From Giardia intestinalis (lineage: Eukaryota), in assembly GCA_000002435.2 (NCBI GenBank), contig CM018789.1: a stretch of DNA of 64,000 bases. One strand, written 5' to 3'. The notes under the pieces are model-generated. The model saw nothing but the letters and a program-made list of their open reading frames with translations, made no database searches and was not told the DNA's origin. The position numbers and the translations under genes were made by a program. Within the stretch, counting starts at the first letter, position 1; every line of letters starts with the position of its first letter. Positions 38,042-48,748 of the stretch are shown in pieces.

Positions 38042-39175
38042 CTAGTTGGAAGACTTGTGCAAGCTGTGGTATAGATTTTCGAAGCACCAGTTCTCGTTCA
38101 TGTTATAAGTCATGTCTTCGAAGAGTGTCTCTGGAGTCGTATACACAAATTCTATTATGAACTCGTCAAGACTGAAGAGATCGTTAATCGATTCGCCGTC
38201 TGGACCCGTTATGGCATCCGCAGAAAATATCGTATTGCTCTCGGCCAAGAACTGCTTGTGCTTCTCGTTGATTGCTCCCAGCTGTTCTAGAGCGTCTCCA
38301 ACAATGGAATTGATAAAGAATCCCGAGTTATCAATCTGTAAATTTCCGGAGTACATTTGCCAACCTTCTAGAGAGTTTTGGTCAAGCGGGGTGTGAGGCT
38401 CAATCTTGAGGTCCTTCTGCGGTACACCAGAGAGCTTGATATCTGTGTAGCTTACGTTCTGTGCGGCTAACACTATCCGCCTGAGAAATGCATATGTTGG
38501 CAATTCAAAGAACAGCTTAATAAGGATTTGCGAGGGGATTGCAGAAAGGTCTGTGCCAGGAATGGTGACATCGCTTTCACCCGGGCCTATTAGCTGAGTG
38601 ATGGTGGCGCACTTCAAGATGGCTGCAGTTGTGGTATTAACAACGGTAAACAAAGAAATTCCAGAATCCGAGTCTCCTTCGGGGAGGGTTGGAAGCACTG
38701 CCACATGCCAACTGTTGGACTGAAGGGAGATATCTTCTTCGTATAGCAGCACGGCGCAGTGGCCTAAAAGAGTCGGTGCAGGCACTTGGCCTGCTGCCCG
38801 TAGCTTGTCGGCCTTTCGCTTGAGGGCCAATGTGATGGGGTGGTGGGGCTCCAAACCCGGCCACCGAAGAACATGGGGCTGAAGAGTCTTGAAGAACTCT
38901 ATCAAGGTATCATGATCCCCCTCGAGATGTATGATGACAAAGGACCCCAAAACAAAAGTATTTCCATAGAGATATGGCTGCTTTGTTGACGACGGCTGCC
39001 CTCTATAAACTAGACTGGAAATCAAGTCTATCACGTTGATCGGGACCCCCGCGTTTATAGTGCTCACCAATATTGCGCGTGCTGAATAGCGCGGATATGA
39101 AAGGATGCCGGTGCTCTCGTTCCGCGCCAGAAGCGACGAAAAGGCGGTACGGAGCTGGGGAAGACTACCTTTCAT
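38042..39175 (-). CDS. Hypothetical protein (377 aa)
   Basis: ATG at 39175 after cctaattttacaaaattgc. Open 1.1 kb. No recognised domain. Confidence 0.55.
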   Translation of the reverse strand: MKGSLPQLRTAFSSLLARNESTGILSYPRYSARAILVSTINAGVPINVIDLISSLVYRGQPSSTKQPYLYGNTFVLGSFVIIHLEGDHDTLIEFFKTLQPHVLRWPGLEPHHPITLALKRKADKLRAAGQVPAPTLLGHCAVLLYEEDISLQSNSWHVAVLPTLPEGDSDSGISLFTVVNTTTAAILKCATITQLIGPGESDVTIPGTDLSAIPSQILIKLFFELPTYAFLRRIVLAAQNVSYTDIKLSGVPQKDLKIEPHTPLDQNSLEGWQMYSGNLQIDNSGFFINSIVGDALEQLGAINEKHKQFLAESNTIFSADAITGPDGESINDLFSLDEFIIEFVYTTPETLFEDMTYNMNENWCFENLYHSLHKSSN

Positions 39176-39333
39176 GCAATTTTGTAAAATTAGGCATATT
39201 TATTTTTTAGTTCTCTCTCAAAACATCAGCAAACATCTCTGCGCACTTGAATAGCAGAGAAAAGACAACTTAAGTATTGACCATAAAGTTGTCTGGGATT
39301 TTTTTCTTTTTTATAAAAAGTCAAACTAGTTAA

Positions 39334-41151
39334 ATGCTCCTGCTTGCAGGTCTGCTGGCTTTTGCTCTAGGATCTGACGAGTGTCCTTACTACACCACTA
39401 AGGTAGGCCTCAAGTGCGTGCATAATGGGTGCGTGGTTTTCGACTACCGTGGCATTCCTTCCGAATGTGGGGGCCTGGGATACTGTTCCGAAACACCTGC
39501 TAACTCTTGGGGCTGTGTTTGCATGTATGGGTCTATTGCCGTAGGGAGCAACTGCGTTTCACAATCCTGCGTTAAGCCAGGCACAGACCTTGAGTGTTCC
39601 GGCAACGGAATGTGCATTAGAGAGAAGTGCATCTGCTCTCTCAGGCACAGCGGACTCTACTGTGAGAAACCTATCGACGACCTTTGTCCAAGTAACATGG
39701 TGAGCGCGGAGGGATATTGTGTTGTTGAACGATGCCGAAGTGACAACGGATTGATATGCGGAGGCCGTGGTTACTGTTTCAACAACCCCAAGTACGCTGT
39801 CCCGTGTTCCTGCGATGAGAACTTTGAGTATATTAAGTCCGGGTGTCACCCAACTAACTGTCTCGGAGTGGTAAGCGAGACCAGTGAAGTCCTTGTTTGT
39901 AATGGACACGGTGAGTGTGAGTTTGATGCAGAGAACAGCAAGTGGGGCTGCGATTGTGACGCTGGCTATGTGCGCGCGGGCCACACGTGCGTGCCTCCTA
40001 CTTGCGCTAGCTCTGGCGCTGAGCATATCTGTAGTTCTCATGGATATTGCACGCTTAACTCTGAGACAAACAGCTATTCTTGTCTTTGTCTTCACGGATA
40101 TGCAGGAGACTATTGTGAGATGTGTGCAGAGGACGCCATTCCCATCTGGAGCGGTCTCTGTCTTGCCGGTGCATGTGCCAGCTATGATGACAGTGGTAAC
40201 TTGCTAATATGTAACAACTTGGGAGGTTGCGACGAAGACGCCTCTCTTCCTGCTCCTAGATGCACCTGCTCTGAGGGCGCATTCTTTAAAGACGGCAATT
40301 GCTACCCACTGTACTGCAGGACTGGGCCCCATGAGATATGCTCTAATCACGGGACATGCAGCTATGATGGTTGCAGGTGTGAAGAAGGATATTGCGGTGG
40401 CTATTGTGAGAACAAGGTCATCACTTGTCCTGATGGAGAAACCTTCCTGGACGGGTCTTGCTATCCGTCTGCGTGTGTCATCAACAATACTGTTTGCAGC
40501 TACTTTGGCCAGTGCGTCAGAGACGAGGCGACGGGAACAGCTCGCTGTGTTTGCCCGAAGAATCTTCTCCAAGCAAACGACGGTTCGTGCATCCCAATGG
40601 CATGCATTTTCAATGGAGAGGTGTGTCCAAATATGGGCCCCTGCCAGATTGTCGGCGAGGACGAATATGAGTGCTTCTGTAACTTCATCACCAGCACAAT
40701 CGTTGACGGACAATGTGTGCCATATAAATATCTCAGCAAGAATCTTTTTGGCGAGTATGTCATATGTAATGGCCGTGGGAAGTATGATGTGGGTTCCGAC
40801 AGCTGTATCTGCCACTCACTATACAAGGGGCCTTCCTGTGAGTTCTGCGCGGAGAATGCTGTGGTGATCAATGGAGAGTGCTACCCCATGTCCTGTGTGA
40901 ACATACACCACGACGGGACTGCAGCTGTCTGCGGAAATTATGGTCAGTGTATGCTATCGCACGAGACCCACAATCCTGCCCGTGAAATATACAGCTGCAT
41001 ATGCCGCGGATACAGCCATGAGAGCAACCTCTGCGTCTCCAATGTCTGCATGCCCTTCGTCGACGGTCCTGTGTGCAGCGGCCACGGATACTGCGATGGT
41101 GGCGCCTGTATATGCGATAGCGGATATCGTGGTGTGCAGTGCGAATATTAG
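39334..41151 (+). CDS. Secreted high-cysteine EGF-like/tenascin-like protein (605 aa) with a signal peptide and no transmembrane or CRGKA tail
   Basis: N-terminal signal MLLLAGLLAFALGSDEC. About 13% Cys in tandem CxC/CxxC EGF-like modules (GHGYC..C.C..GY.G..CE). It ends ...GVQCEY with no hydrophobic anchor, so it is not a canonical VSP. A 158-bp AT-rich upstream region precedes it. Confidence 0.85.
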   Translation: MLLLAGLLAFALGSDECPYYTTKVGLKCVHNGCVVFDYRGIPSECGGLGYCSETPANSWGCVCMYGSIAVGSNCVSQSCVKPGTDLECSGNGMCIREKCICSLRHSGLYCEKPIDDLCPSNMVSAEGYCVVERCRSDNGLICGGRGYCFNNPKYAVPCSCDENFEYIKSGCHPTNCLGVVSETSEVLVCNGHGECEFDAENSKWGCDCDAGYVRAGHTCVPPTCASSGAEHICSSHGYCTLNSETNSYSCLCLHGYAGDYCEMCAEDAIPIWSGLCLAGACASYDDSGNLLICNNLGGCDEDASLPAPRCTCSEGAFFKDGNCYPLYCRTGPHEICSNHGTCSYDGCRCEEGYCGGYCENKVITCPDGETFLDGSCYPSACVINNTVCSYFGQCVRDEATGTARCVCPKNLLQANDGSCIPMACIFNGEVCPNMGPCQIVGEDEYECFCNFITSTIVDGQCVPYKYLSKNLFGEYVICNGRGKYDVGSDSCICHSLYKGPSCEFCAENAVVINGECYPMSCVNIHHDGTAAVCGNYGQCMLSHETHNPAREIYSCICRGYSHESNLCVSNVCMPFVDGPVCSGHGYCDGGACICDSGYRGVQCEY

Positions 41152-41171
41152 AAACTTTATTTTGAGATGTA

Positions 41172-41178
41172 AGTGAAT
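41172..41178 (+). promoter_or_regulatory. Putative poly(A) signal AGTGAAT downstream of the high-cysteine protein gene
   Basis: Stop TAG at 41149-41151. AGTGAAT lies about 21 nt downstream and fits the AGTRAAY consensus. Confidence 0.45.
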
Positions 41179-41224
41179 ACCTTGAGGTTTTTCACCTAGT
41201 CCTTTTTCTCCAAAAAAAAAGTCC

Positions 41225-41629
41225 ATGCCTATAACACGAGAGCAGCGATCGGCCCTGATAAAAGCAGCCATAGAGGGGAGTGAGCATGCGTATATACCGT
41301 ACTCTAAGTACAAGGTCGGCGCCGCCATCTTGACTGAGAGCGGGGAGATTTTTAAGGGCTGCAACGTCGAGAACGCGGCGTATCCTATCGGTGTATGTGC
41401 TGAGCGCACTGCTGTTGTCAAAGCTATCAGCGAGGGCAAGAAGGACATGGTCGCGTGCGCCGTGGTTACTCGTGATGGGGGCTCGCCGTGCGGTATGTGC
41501 CGACAGACCTTGAACGAATTCAACCCCAAGATGCACATGATATTGGCCAAGTTAGACGGGGAGGTCATAACTGAAATGCCGTTGGACGAGCTCCTCCCCC
41601 TGGGCTTCGGGCCTGCAAACCTGCTCTGA
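41225..41629 (+). CDS. CDA: Cytidine deaminase (pyrimidine salvage)
   Basis: Zinc-binding motifs CAERTAV (H/C-A-E) and PCGMCRQ are present. 134 aa, the typical size of a homotetrameric CDA. Confidence 0.9.
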   Translation: MPITREQRSALIKAAIEGSEHAYIPYSKYKVGAAILTESGEIFKGCNVENAAYPIGVCAERTAVVKAISEGKKDMVACAVVTRDGGSPCGMCRQTLNEFNPKMHMILAKLDGEVITEMPLDELLPLGFGPANLL

Positions 41630-41703
41630 TTAGTCGGGCATTTGCACTGGGCGCCTAACACGGATAACCCGCGGAATAAATCTTAGTTAACGTTAGTGGA
41701 GAC

Positions 41704-44700
41704 TCACTGCATCAGTTCAAACGATTGAATGTATGTCAGGAAGGTCTGGGCCTTCATCGCCAGGGCTGTTCGTGCGTGCCCGTCTGTGCCATTCTCAGTA
41801 GCCGGCCGTTCATAAGACAGAACAATCATCAGTTTTCTAATATTATATCTGGTGATGAGCTGCCGTGGGTGAGACGAATGCAGATAGATATGCTCAAATA
41901 TATCCATACACCCCTTCCGCGTCGTGTTCTGCTTGCTTGCGCGGAGATTGACGAATAGTCTCTGGAGGAACTGCTGATCTGACGACAAAAATTGTGGAAT
42001 GCTTTCGTGCTGCTTAATAAACCGCGTCAAGTCGCCTATCACCTCGGATGCGATCTTTTCAGTACTCAGCAGAACAGAGAGCTTGGCCAGATTAGCGGGG
42101 GAGACGATTACGTTGATAATTCTCCGCCAGGACTGTTGTATGTGGCTATATTTAGAGCAATCAAAGAACCAGCTAAGTAGACAGAGCACTTTGTTGGGAT
42201 ATGTTGCAGCAAGATTGAATATTTTTGACAGCCATTGCTCCCTTCCATCTTCAACGGTAGAGAACTCCTTGAAGATCTTTTCCAAAAGACTCTGGTAGGG
42301 GACCATCAACCGGTTTTGCCGTTTTTGTTGATTTGGGAAGCGCTTTGTCGGCCGCAGCGCAGACGTTCTAAGTATTATCTCCATCGCCAGCTCAACTACG
42401 TTACCAGAGAACTCTGTTATGGGCGACGGGGAGTAGGATGACGATGCCTCCGGTGCTTGAGATGTCATCTTCTTGGATGGCTTCCGTGGAGAAGATCGTT
42501 GAGAATGTGGTCTGCTAGCATCTCCTTCGATGACTGGCGTCAGGCTGCCGTAGATAATCCTATAGCACACAGGTATGAGGCCCTTATTGAGTGCAATGGC
42601 GTGTATCTCCGGAAACTGGATGATGCTGTGGCAGAGATAGGTGGCCGAGTCCAAGATGTCGTCTGTTCGGTAGTTCTGAATGTTTATTAACAAATCTACC
42701 AGTATGTCAATTGTCTGTGATGTAAGAGATTGCACAAAATCCGGTGTGAGAACAAATTTTCGCAGTGAAGCAAAGAACGTGGTAACAATCGTGTGTATGC
42801 GATAGGGCAAAGAGGTAGAAGAGTAGTTGCTTAGGGGAGAGGCTGTGTAAGAAGCTGGTAGACAACTCATCAAGACGCAGCTTATAAAGTTGATGTAGGT
42901 TTTCAAAACGTCCTTGGAGAAGATGATGTGTGCATAGTCCAGGTCTACCAGCTTAGTGTATACCTCGATACCCTGCTCTAGAGCCTGGATCCTCTTCTCA
43001 TTCATTGCTAATATGCTCAAATAGTACTTTAATTTGGTTTCGTTATAGTCCTTGCCCTTATCAGCAAAGAATATTGACCGGAGTCTATCGCTAGTCTCCC
43101 CAGAAAGGTCCAAGTCAAAGGGATTGTTCCAGTCGACTCGCTGGCCAATGACCTGGACTTCACAGGTGGGGTAATTGTAGGGCGAACCCTCTAAGATTGG
43201 GGGCAGGAGCTTCCAGAACAGAAGAATGTTAAGCGATTTTGCAATGTACTCGTATGCATTTTCAGTTATTAATATCGTTGCATAGGATTGTGTTGAGATT
43301 GTCGGTATTTCCATTATGGACTTTGCTGGCTGAATGGCAGACGTGGAGCCTACCCGGCTATTTTTGGTGGATACGGCCTTTTCAGATGGGAGGACAGAGT
43401 CTAGTTGATACAGTTTTACCACGTGATCAAGGACCTCTCTCTCATCGGTCAAGAACTTGGAGTTGAGAATACCTACCTTCCGTGCTTTAGATGTCTTGTC
43501 TTTAAACACCAGCTTATAAATTATGCCAATGACTTGAATAACAAAGCGTGCATCCTTGGTAGACAGGAGGCAGTCGCACAGCTGCAAAATCTGAGAGTGT
43601 AGGATGAGACAGTAATCTATGGAAATGAACTCTGCAGATGCAAAGTTTCCGTCAATAAACACCTGCAGAAGATCAGAGACCACGGTCCGCGTCTCACCCT
43701 GGAGCACATTGATCAGTGCATCTTTGTCACAGGGGTACGAAACTAGTTTCTGTGACGAGTCTGCCGCAGAGGGGTCTATTTGGAAGCCTACGCATGAATC
43801 TTCACCATAGATTGACGAATTCGTATGACCCGTATCTTTATCAACAATAGGCACAACGGTAGGGATATTAGTGGGCACAATGCTCGGGGTTTCGCGACCG
43901 GTTAGCATAGATGGGTAGTGAGACAAGCCAGCATGGTCATTTTCTAGTGTCTTTGAGGTACATGAAAATCTGGGAACGTTGGGGAGCTGCAGAAGGTGAG
44001 CGTAAGATCTCGCCGGTACTGTGGTACTGTGGATTATTTCATAATAGTCTTTAGTCCCCTTCCTAGCTGAGTATTTTGGGCGTTCCTTGTCCTTTTCACT
44101 TACTCTATCTGCCCCAACGTTGATTGGCAGAGATGAGTACGTAAAGCTACGAAATGCTAGAAGCGTCCGATCAGCTGTTGCTTTAAATTCTCCCAGGAAA
44201 CTCTTCAGTGCATACTTGTCGTCAGTGTTTTGATTCTTCAGCGTGGTGTATGTTAGAAATAAATGCGTCGTGAGATGGCAGTCAAGAGATCTGATTGTAT
44301 CGTGCTGTATTTGGGATTTTTGATTGGTGGTTGTACCTGAATCGAATTGGCCGTTAACACGACCGGATCTGGCTGTGCTGATAGTATCATTCTGTAGCGT
44401 GGTCTGGGCGTCTTGGCTGTGCCGCATGAACTTGAAGCCCCGTGATTCGGAATTAACTGCCTCACATGTTTGACTTTTTATCGCTCTAAAAAAATCAGAG
44501 ATTGATTCTACAAAAGTAATAGAATTGGAGATTTTAAAATCTATTAACCTTTTCATCAACGGAGGAAGGCCCAGGGCGGTTAGGTTCATTATCAACCGCG
44601 GTGAATACTGACACAGCACATACAAAATCTTGCACAACTCTATACAGTACTCATACATGTACAGGGTCAATGCCGCATTCCAAAAGATGGCTCTGCGGGT

Positions 44701-47217
44701 TGCAAGCGACATAGCAGCTTTAGGATCTCCTCTTTTACTTTTGTTGTTTCTATCCCGCAGATCTGCATTTAAATAGTATTTCTCATCAAATTCCTTTCCG
44801 AAAAACTCCTGAGCCGCACCCAGAAACGGAACATTAGTGGATTTGGAGGGGAGTGCTTCATCGAGCAAGGAGTGGTTGGATTCCGGAAACGATCCCAGCT
44901 CACCAAATTTCTTCAAGACCAGAGGCTCTAGCGACGATGAGTGCAAGTTACTCTGAAGAGTATTTGTGAGAGAATGATACTGGGGGCGAACCATAGATGT
45001 TTTTTGCATGCCAGCTGCATAGGAACTTGGCATGTGTCTGCCCCTTGATGATGGTTTTGCCGGAGAATGCAAGCTTGCTGTGTTGTGCACTTTGAGCGTA
45101 CTAAAGGACATTTGGATCGAGTCATAGCCACTAGCAGTTGAGGATTGGTTAGAGTCTGCGTCAGGATTGCTGGAGTACAAGGCCTTGGTTCTATGTGTCG
45201 ACTCCTGGTCTCTTGGAGTAGTAAGCGGTAACCCCTGATAGTTCTGCTGTCTCTCGCGAAGAGCCTTGAGCTTGTTCTTTAGAACGCTGGTCTCTATTGG
45301 GTGAGTGTTATACAAGTTATTTAGATTAACGCAAACCTCATTGAAGTGATCCATGGACGAAGCCAATGAAGAGTTCTCTATATTGATTAGAATGTTATCA
45401 ATGTGTTGTATCACAGACAAGAAGCCACGCTTTTCCATTATGTTTGAGATTAGGACCCCCGCTGTCTCCGTTGGCTGCAGACTCTCTAGGTCCAATTCAT
45501 ATGGCAAGAAGGGTGAGGGATCCTCTTCCCCGTTGGTAGGGTTTTGGTGCCCTCCGCTACCATCAGCAATAGCCTCTTGCTGTTTCTGGGGAAACATATG
45601 ACCTCTAAAGATGCAGGAGAGCTTCTTACGCTTCTGCGAAGTTGAGATTGCTTTTAGTAACTTGTGTGCGTCTATTATGGAATATGATGCAAAGACGTTC
45701 TTCTCTAGTATGCGGAGATGCTGCTTTATTGCTTTCTTGTTAATCTTGGGAGTCATAAGGATATTGCTCATAAAGGTGTGTCGCATAACTCCGTCAATAA
45801 TTACAGAGTCTTGGCCCGGGGGTTCCTTGCAAGAAACGTCTAAGATATCATTGCTCATAGTCCCGATCAGGGAATTGTATTTGTTGTCGTCGCTGAGGTC
45901 CTGGATGTCTGGAAAGAGAGTTAGGTCATCACTGTCAGAGTTGATGCTTAAAATGGAATCTGTCTGGATATTTATGAGCGGATCTGCTCCGAAAAGAGAT
46001 TCTGAGCGCTCAAAGTCCCGTTCCAGACGCCTTGTCCTCACAGTTTCAAGTCGTGTGGCCAAGGTGTCATGTGTAAGGCTGGAAAACTGTGGAGCCGAGG
46101 AGCCTGCGTTGTGTCTGACAGAGGACTTTGAGAGGGGCTTTTCCGAGACCTTTGGGCTTGTTGATTTTGGATAGCTTGGATTCTGTAATGTGTGCATGTC
46201 TAAAGTGCTGGAATTGGGCTCCTTGGTGGGCGGGAGTGCTTGAACATCTTTCCCTGTGCTCGATTCTCTGCTTGATCTTCTGCTCGACTCCTTGGGTGAT
46301 CCTGGTAGCGAAAAGCCTTTCGGTGGTGGGAGCATGTTATTGGTCAATGTAAGCTTTGCTGACTCTCTTGGGCCAACAAGCTGCTTTTGCCTCATAAGGC
46401 TGTTTGCATTTTTGATGAGCCACGGGTGATTCAGAAGCTCAGCACAACTGTGCCGCTCATGCGGATCAATTTTGAAGCAGCACGAAAGGAAATCTGCGCA
46501 CTCGGGGGAGATGTTGGGGGGAAGCGGCATCTCCGTGAGCGTTGCAATGTTATACATTGCTGCAAACCCCGTAAGGTTGTGAAAGGGCGGCTTCTTAGTT
46601 AGTAGCTCAATCATCGTGGCACCTAAGGACCAGACATCAGACTTAGTGGATACACCCTCTTCGTTGATCACCTCTGGGGCAAGCCAATAAGGAGACCCCT
46701 CGACGACGGTCGGATCCACATCTTGAAGCCGTTGAGAGAGGCCAAAGTCAGTCAGTTTGCAAAGTCCAGAAGAGGTCATCAAAATGTTTGCCGCCTTAAT
46801 ATCTTTGTGGATTATGCCCTGCTCGTGTAGATATTTAAGTCCCAACAATATTTGGTAAATATAGCATGCTACCACATTTTCTCCCAAATCATCATATTGC
46901 TTAATTAACGTCTGCAAAGAGCCAAAATCTACTAATTCTAGAATAATATAAAGGTAATTCTGCTCTAAGAAGCACCCCCGGTACTTCACTATGTTGGAGT
47001 GGTTCAGTTTAGACAAAAGGTTTATCTCAGACATCACTTCCTTGATAAATCCCTGGTCAACAGCTTTCTTTTTGCCCTTAGGCTCCAACTGCTTGAGTGC
47101 CACAAAACCACCTGTTACTTCATCTGCTGCTTTCCACACCTTCGCGAAGGCCCCTTTTCCTATGAGGCAATGTAAAGTGTAGCGGCCACGTATGGTGAGG
47201 GGATTGTCTGTCTGCAT
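41704..47217 (-). CDS. STE-group Ser/Thr kinase, Cdc15/Cdc7(S. pombe)/MAP3K-epsilon-like, with a roughly 1500-aa C-terminal non-catalytic region
   Basis: The N-terminal kinase domain is [48 protein letters not shown]. It closely parallels MAP3K-epsilon/Cdc15 kinases. A long, probably helical-repeat tail follows. ATG at 47217 after ttattagcataaaaaaa. Confidence 0.85.
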   Translation of the reverse strand: MQTDNPLTIRGRYTLHCLIGKGAFAKVWKAADEVTGGFVALKQLEPKGKKKAVDQGFIKEVMSEINLLSKLNHSNIVKYRGCFLEQNYLYIILELVDFGSLQTLIKQYDDLGENVVACYIYQILLGLKYLHEQGIIHKDIKAANILMTSSGLCKLTDFGLSQRLQDVDPTVVEGSPYWLAPEVINEEGVSTKSDVWSLGATMIELLTKKPPFHNLTGFAAMYNIATLTEMPLPPNISPECADFLSCCFKIDPHERHSCAELLNHPWLIKNANSLMRQKQLVGPRESAKLTLTNNMLPPPKGFSLPGSPKESSRRSSRESSTGKDVQALPPTKEPNSSTLDMHTLQNPSYPKSTSPKVSEKPLSKSSVRHNAGSSAPQFSSLTHDTLATRLETVRTRRLERDFERSESLFGADPLINIQTDSILSINSDSDDLTLFPDIQDLSDDNKYNSLIGTMSNDILDVSCKEPPGQDSVIIDGVMRHTFMSNILMTPKINKKAIKQHLRILEKNVFASYSIIDAHKLLKAISTSQKRKKLSCIFRGHMFPQKQQEAIADGSGGHQNPTNGEEDPSPFLPYELDLESLQPTETAGVLISNIMEKRGFLSVIQHIDNILINIENSSLASSMDHFNEVCVNLNNLYNTHPIETSVLKNKLKALRERQQNYQGLPLTTPRDQESTHRTKALYSSNPDADSNQSSTASGYDSIQMSFSTLKVHNTASLHSPAKPSSRGRHMPSSYAAGMQKTSMVRPQYHSLTNTLQSNLHSSSLEPLVLKKFGELGSFPESNHSLLDEALPSKSTNVPFLGAAQEFFGKEFDEKYYLNADLRDRNNKSKRGDPKAAMSLATRRAIFWNAALTLYMYEYCIELCKILYVLCQYSPRLIMNLTALGLPPLMKRLIDFKISNSITFVESISDFFRAIKSQTCEAVNSESRGFKFMRHSQDAQTTLQNDTISTARSGRVNGQFDSGTTTNQKSQIQHDTIRSLDCHLTTHLFLTYTTLKNQNTDDKYALKSFLGEFKATADRTLLAFRSFTYSSLPINVGADRVSEKDKERPKYSARKGTKDYYEIIHSTTVPARSYAHLLQLPNVPRFSCTSKTLENDHAGLSHYPSMLTGRETPSIVPTNIPTVVPIVDKDTGHTNSSIYGEDSCVGFQIDPSAADSSQKLVSYPCDKDALINVLQGETRTVVSDLLQVFIDGNFASAEFISIDYCLILHSQILQLCDCLLSTKDARFVIQVIGIIYKLVFKDKTSKARKVGILNSKFLTDEREVLDHVVKLYQLDSVLPSEKAVSTKNSRVGSTSAIQPAKSIMEIPTISTQSYATILITENAYEYIAKSLNILLFWKLLPPILEGSPYNYPTCEVQVIGQRVDWNNPFDLDLSGETSDRLRSIFFADKGKDYNETKLKYYLSILAMNEKRIQALEQGIEVYTKLVDLDYAHIIFSKDVLKTYINFISCVLMSCLPASYTASPLSNYSSTSLPYRIHTIVTTFFASLRKFVLTPDFVQSLTSQTIDILVDLLINIQNYRTDDILDSATYLCHSIIQFPEIHAIALNKGLIPVCYRIIYGSLTPVIEGDASRPHSQRSSPRKPSKKMTSQAPEASSSYSPSPITEFSGNVVELAMEIILRTSALRPTKRFPNQQKRQNRLMVPYQSLLEKIFKEFSTVEDGREQWLSKIFNLAATYPNKVLCLLSWFFDCSKYSHIQQSWRRIINVIVSPANLAKLSVLLSTEKIASEVIGDLTRFIKQHESIPQFLSSDQQFLQRLFVNLRASKQNTTRKGCMDIFEHIYLHSSHPRQLITRYNIRKLMIVLSYERPATENGTDGHARTALAMKAQTFLTYIQSFELMQ

Positions 47218-47237
47218 TTTTTTATGCTAATAAAAGG
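47218..47237. promoter_or_regulatory. 20-bp divergent promoter between the STE kinase (-) and AC19-like gene (+)
   Basis: Spacer ttttttatgctaataaaagg. Confidence 0.5.
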
Positions 47238-47543
47238 ATGGAGGGGAGGAACGCCACCTTTGTCATTGTCAACGAGGACCACACGCTAGGGAATTGCATT
47301 CGCTACTGTCTTACTTGTAACCCAGCCGTCTCTTTTGCTGGCTACTCTGTCCCTCACCCCGCAGAGCCGAAGCTAAACCTTCGCATTCAATCTGACACTC
47401 AGTCCGCCACTGACTGCCTTTTGCAGGCGGCTGACCTCATGTACGCTATAGCAAGTGTCTTGAGGCAGCGACTTGCAGAGGCCTGTGGGGTTAGTCCTCC
47501 TCCTTCCTCCAGAACCAGCGAAAACCGGTCTATCACCCAGTAA
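47238..47543 (+). CDS. DNA-directed RNA polymerase I/III subunit AC19 (RPAC2/POLR1D)-like, Rpb11 family
   Basis: [46 protein letters not shown] matches the Rpb11/AC19 dimerisation motif (POLR1D [45 protein letters not shown]). Confidence 0.75.
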   Translation: MEGRNATFVIVNEDHTLGNCIRYCLTCNPAVSFAGYSVPHPAEPKLNLRIQSDTQSATDCLLQAADLMYAIASVLRQRLAEACGVSPPPSSRTSENRSITQ

Positions 47544-47763
47544 ACCAAGAATGGAAAAGGCTGGTAGCTTGTGCTGGTGCCAAACTTGGTGCCCAACTTG
47601 TGTCTCCAATACACAGGCTCAACCTCTACCCACCCTACTAGCTAGATCGTTATGTTTACTTTACCCCAAGCTATGATGTGCAGAGCAGAGCAGAGCAACG
47701 CCCACAAGAATAAAAGGTTAGAACAGTAGCAAAAAGGACAGCAACAGAAGCAGCGAAACCGGA

Positions 47764-48366
47764 TTACTTGTTAGAGATCGTGTTGACATCACCAGAGCCA
47801 GGGACCCACTGTGCACACTCAGCCATGTACGAGTCCATGTCTAACAACTTCTGCTTCTGGAGGAGGTCGAACTCGCTCATCACCATGTCAACCTCCTTGC
47901 TGGCCTGAGAGCTCTCGTTGTCGATTCGGATCGCAGAGTCCAAGCTGTCCTCCATATAGCTTTGCCTAATTTGAAGGTTTTGCATTTCGCGCGAAAACTT
48001 TGCCAACTGCTGCTGCATCTCCTTATTATTAACGTTCTTATTTAAACTGGCCATGATTGCGGCGGACTTAGAGATGATTCCGCCCACAACTTCGAAGGAC
48101 TTGGCCAACTGCATGTTCATTTGGAGAGATAGGATTTGAGCCTTCGAGACACTCAAGCGCTTGATATTGTCCTTAATTCTAACCAAGCACTTTGCGTGGA
48201 TTTCGGCAGAGGAGCGATCACCGTCCTGCGCAGCCTTTCGAATTTGCTGTTCAACTTTTTTTCTTTCGAACTCCAGCTGCATCCTCTCTCGTTCAATGCT
48301 CCTTATAGTTTCTCTGGCTTTCTCTTTGTATGCCTCGAGACTAGCTGCGATAGTACGCTCCTTCAT
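47764..48366 (-). CDS. ESCRT-III subunit, CHMP2/Vps2-like (Snf7 family)
   Basis: IRSIERERMQLEFERKKVEQQIRKAAQDGDRSSAEIHAKCLVRIKDNIKRL parallels CHMP2A IRDRAALEKQEKQLELEIKKMAKIGNKEACKVLAKQLVHLRKQ. About 200 aa with an acidic C-terminal MIM-like end. The track start is TTG at 48384; the ATG is at 48366 (MKERTIAAS). Confidence 0.8.
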   Translation of the reverse strand: MKERTIAASLEAYKEKARETIRSIERERMQLEFERKKVEQQIRKAAQDGDRSSAEIHAKCLVRIKDNIKRLSVSKAQILSLQMNMQLAKSFEVVGGIISKSAAIMASLNKNVNNKEMQQQLAKFSREMQNLQIRQSYMEDSLDSAIRIDNESSQASKEVDMVMSEFDLLQKQKLLDMDSYMAECAQWVPGSGDVNTISNK

Positions 48367-48748
48367 TTCTTTTTTGTCCCACAATCAAGTAAATTTTTTT
48401 CGTACCCTTTTTAGCCCGCAAAAAGACTTTAGAAATTGAGCTTAGTTTATGTGGATGGTTTGCAAGGTTGCCCACTCACATACAGATAGCCTGCACTCTG
48501 GTCATCAAAAGCCTTTTCTGATATTGTTTACTTCTTTACTTATAAGAATTACGGCGCTGCCCTGCGTCATTAAGGTTTGAATGCTCATGTAGTAAGTGGT
48601 AAGATTGTATGTCCCGGGTCAATTAGCTTTCAGGGCAAAGTATTTTTTGAAGTTGCTACAATTAAAGTTATTTTAATAGAGCCCAATAGAAGCATGAAAT
48701 CGTGGATAGGTGGTGAGGAAGCCTCTTGATGATGTTTACAGACTGACA

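Noticed and set aside
41152-41224. Poly-A run (ccaaaaaaaaag) upstream of cytidine deaminase as a possible retroposed or poly(A)-tail remnant
   Set aside because: A-runs immediately upstream of ATG are the normal AT-rich initiator of Giardia promoters. There are no target-site duplications or flanking RT sequences.
39559-41661. Several 170-235-aa minus-strand ORFs overlapping the high-cysteine protein and cytidine deaminase genes
   Set aside because: Cys-codon-rich (TGY/GCA) sequence is stop-poor on the antisense strand. The plus-strand products have signal peptide and EGF modules or CDA zinc motifs and are clearly the real genes.
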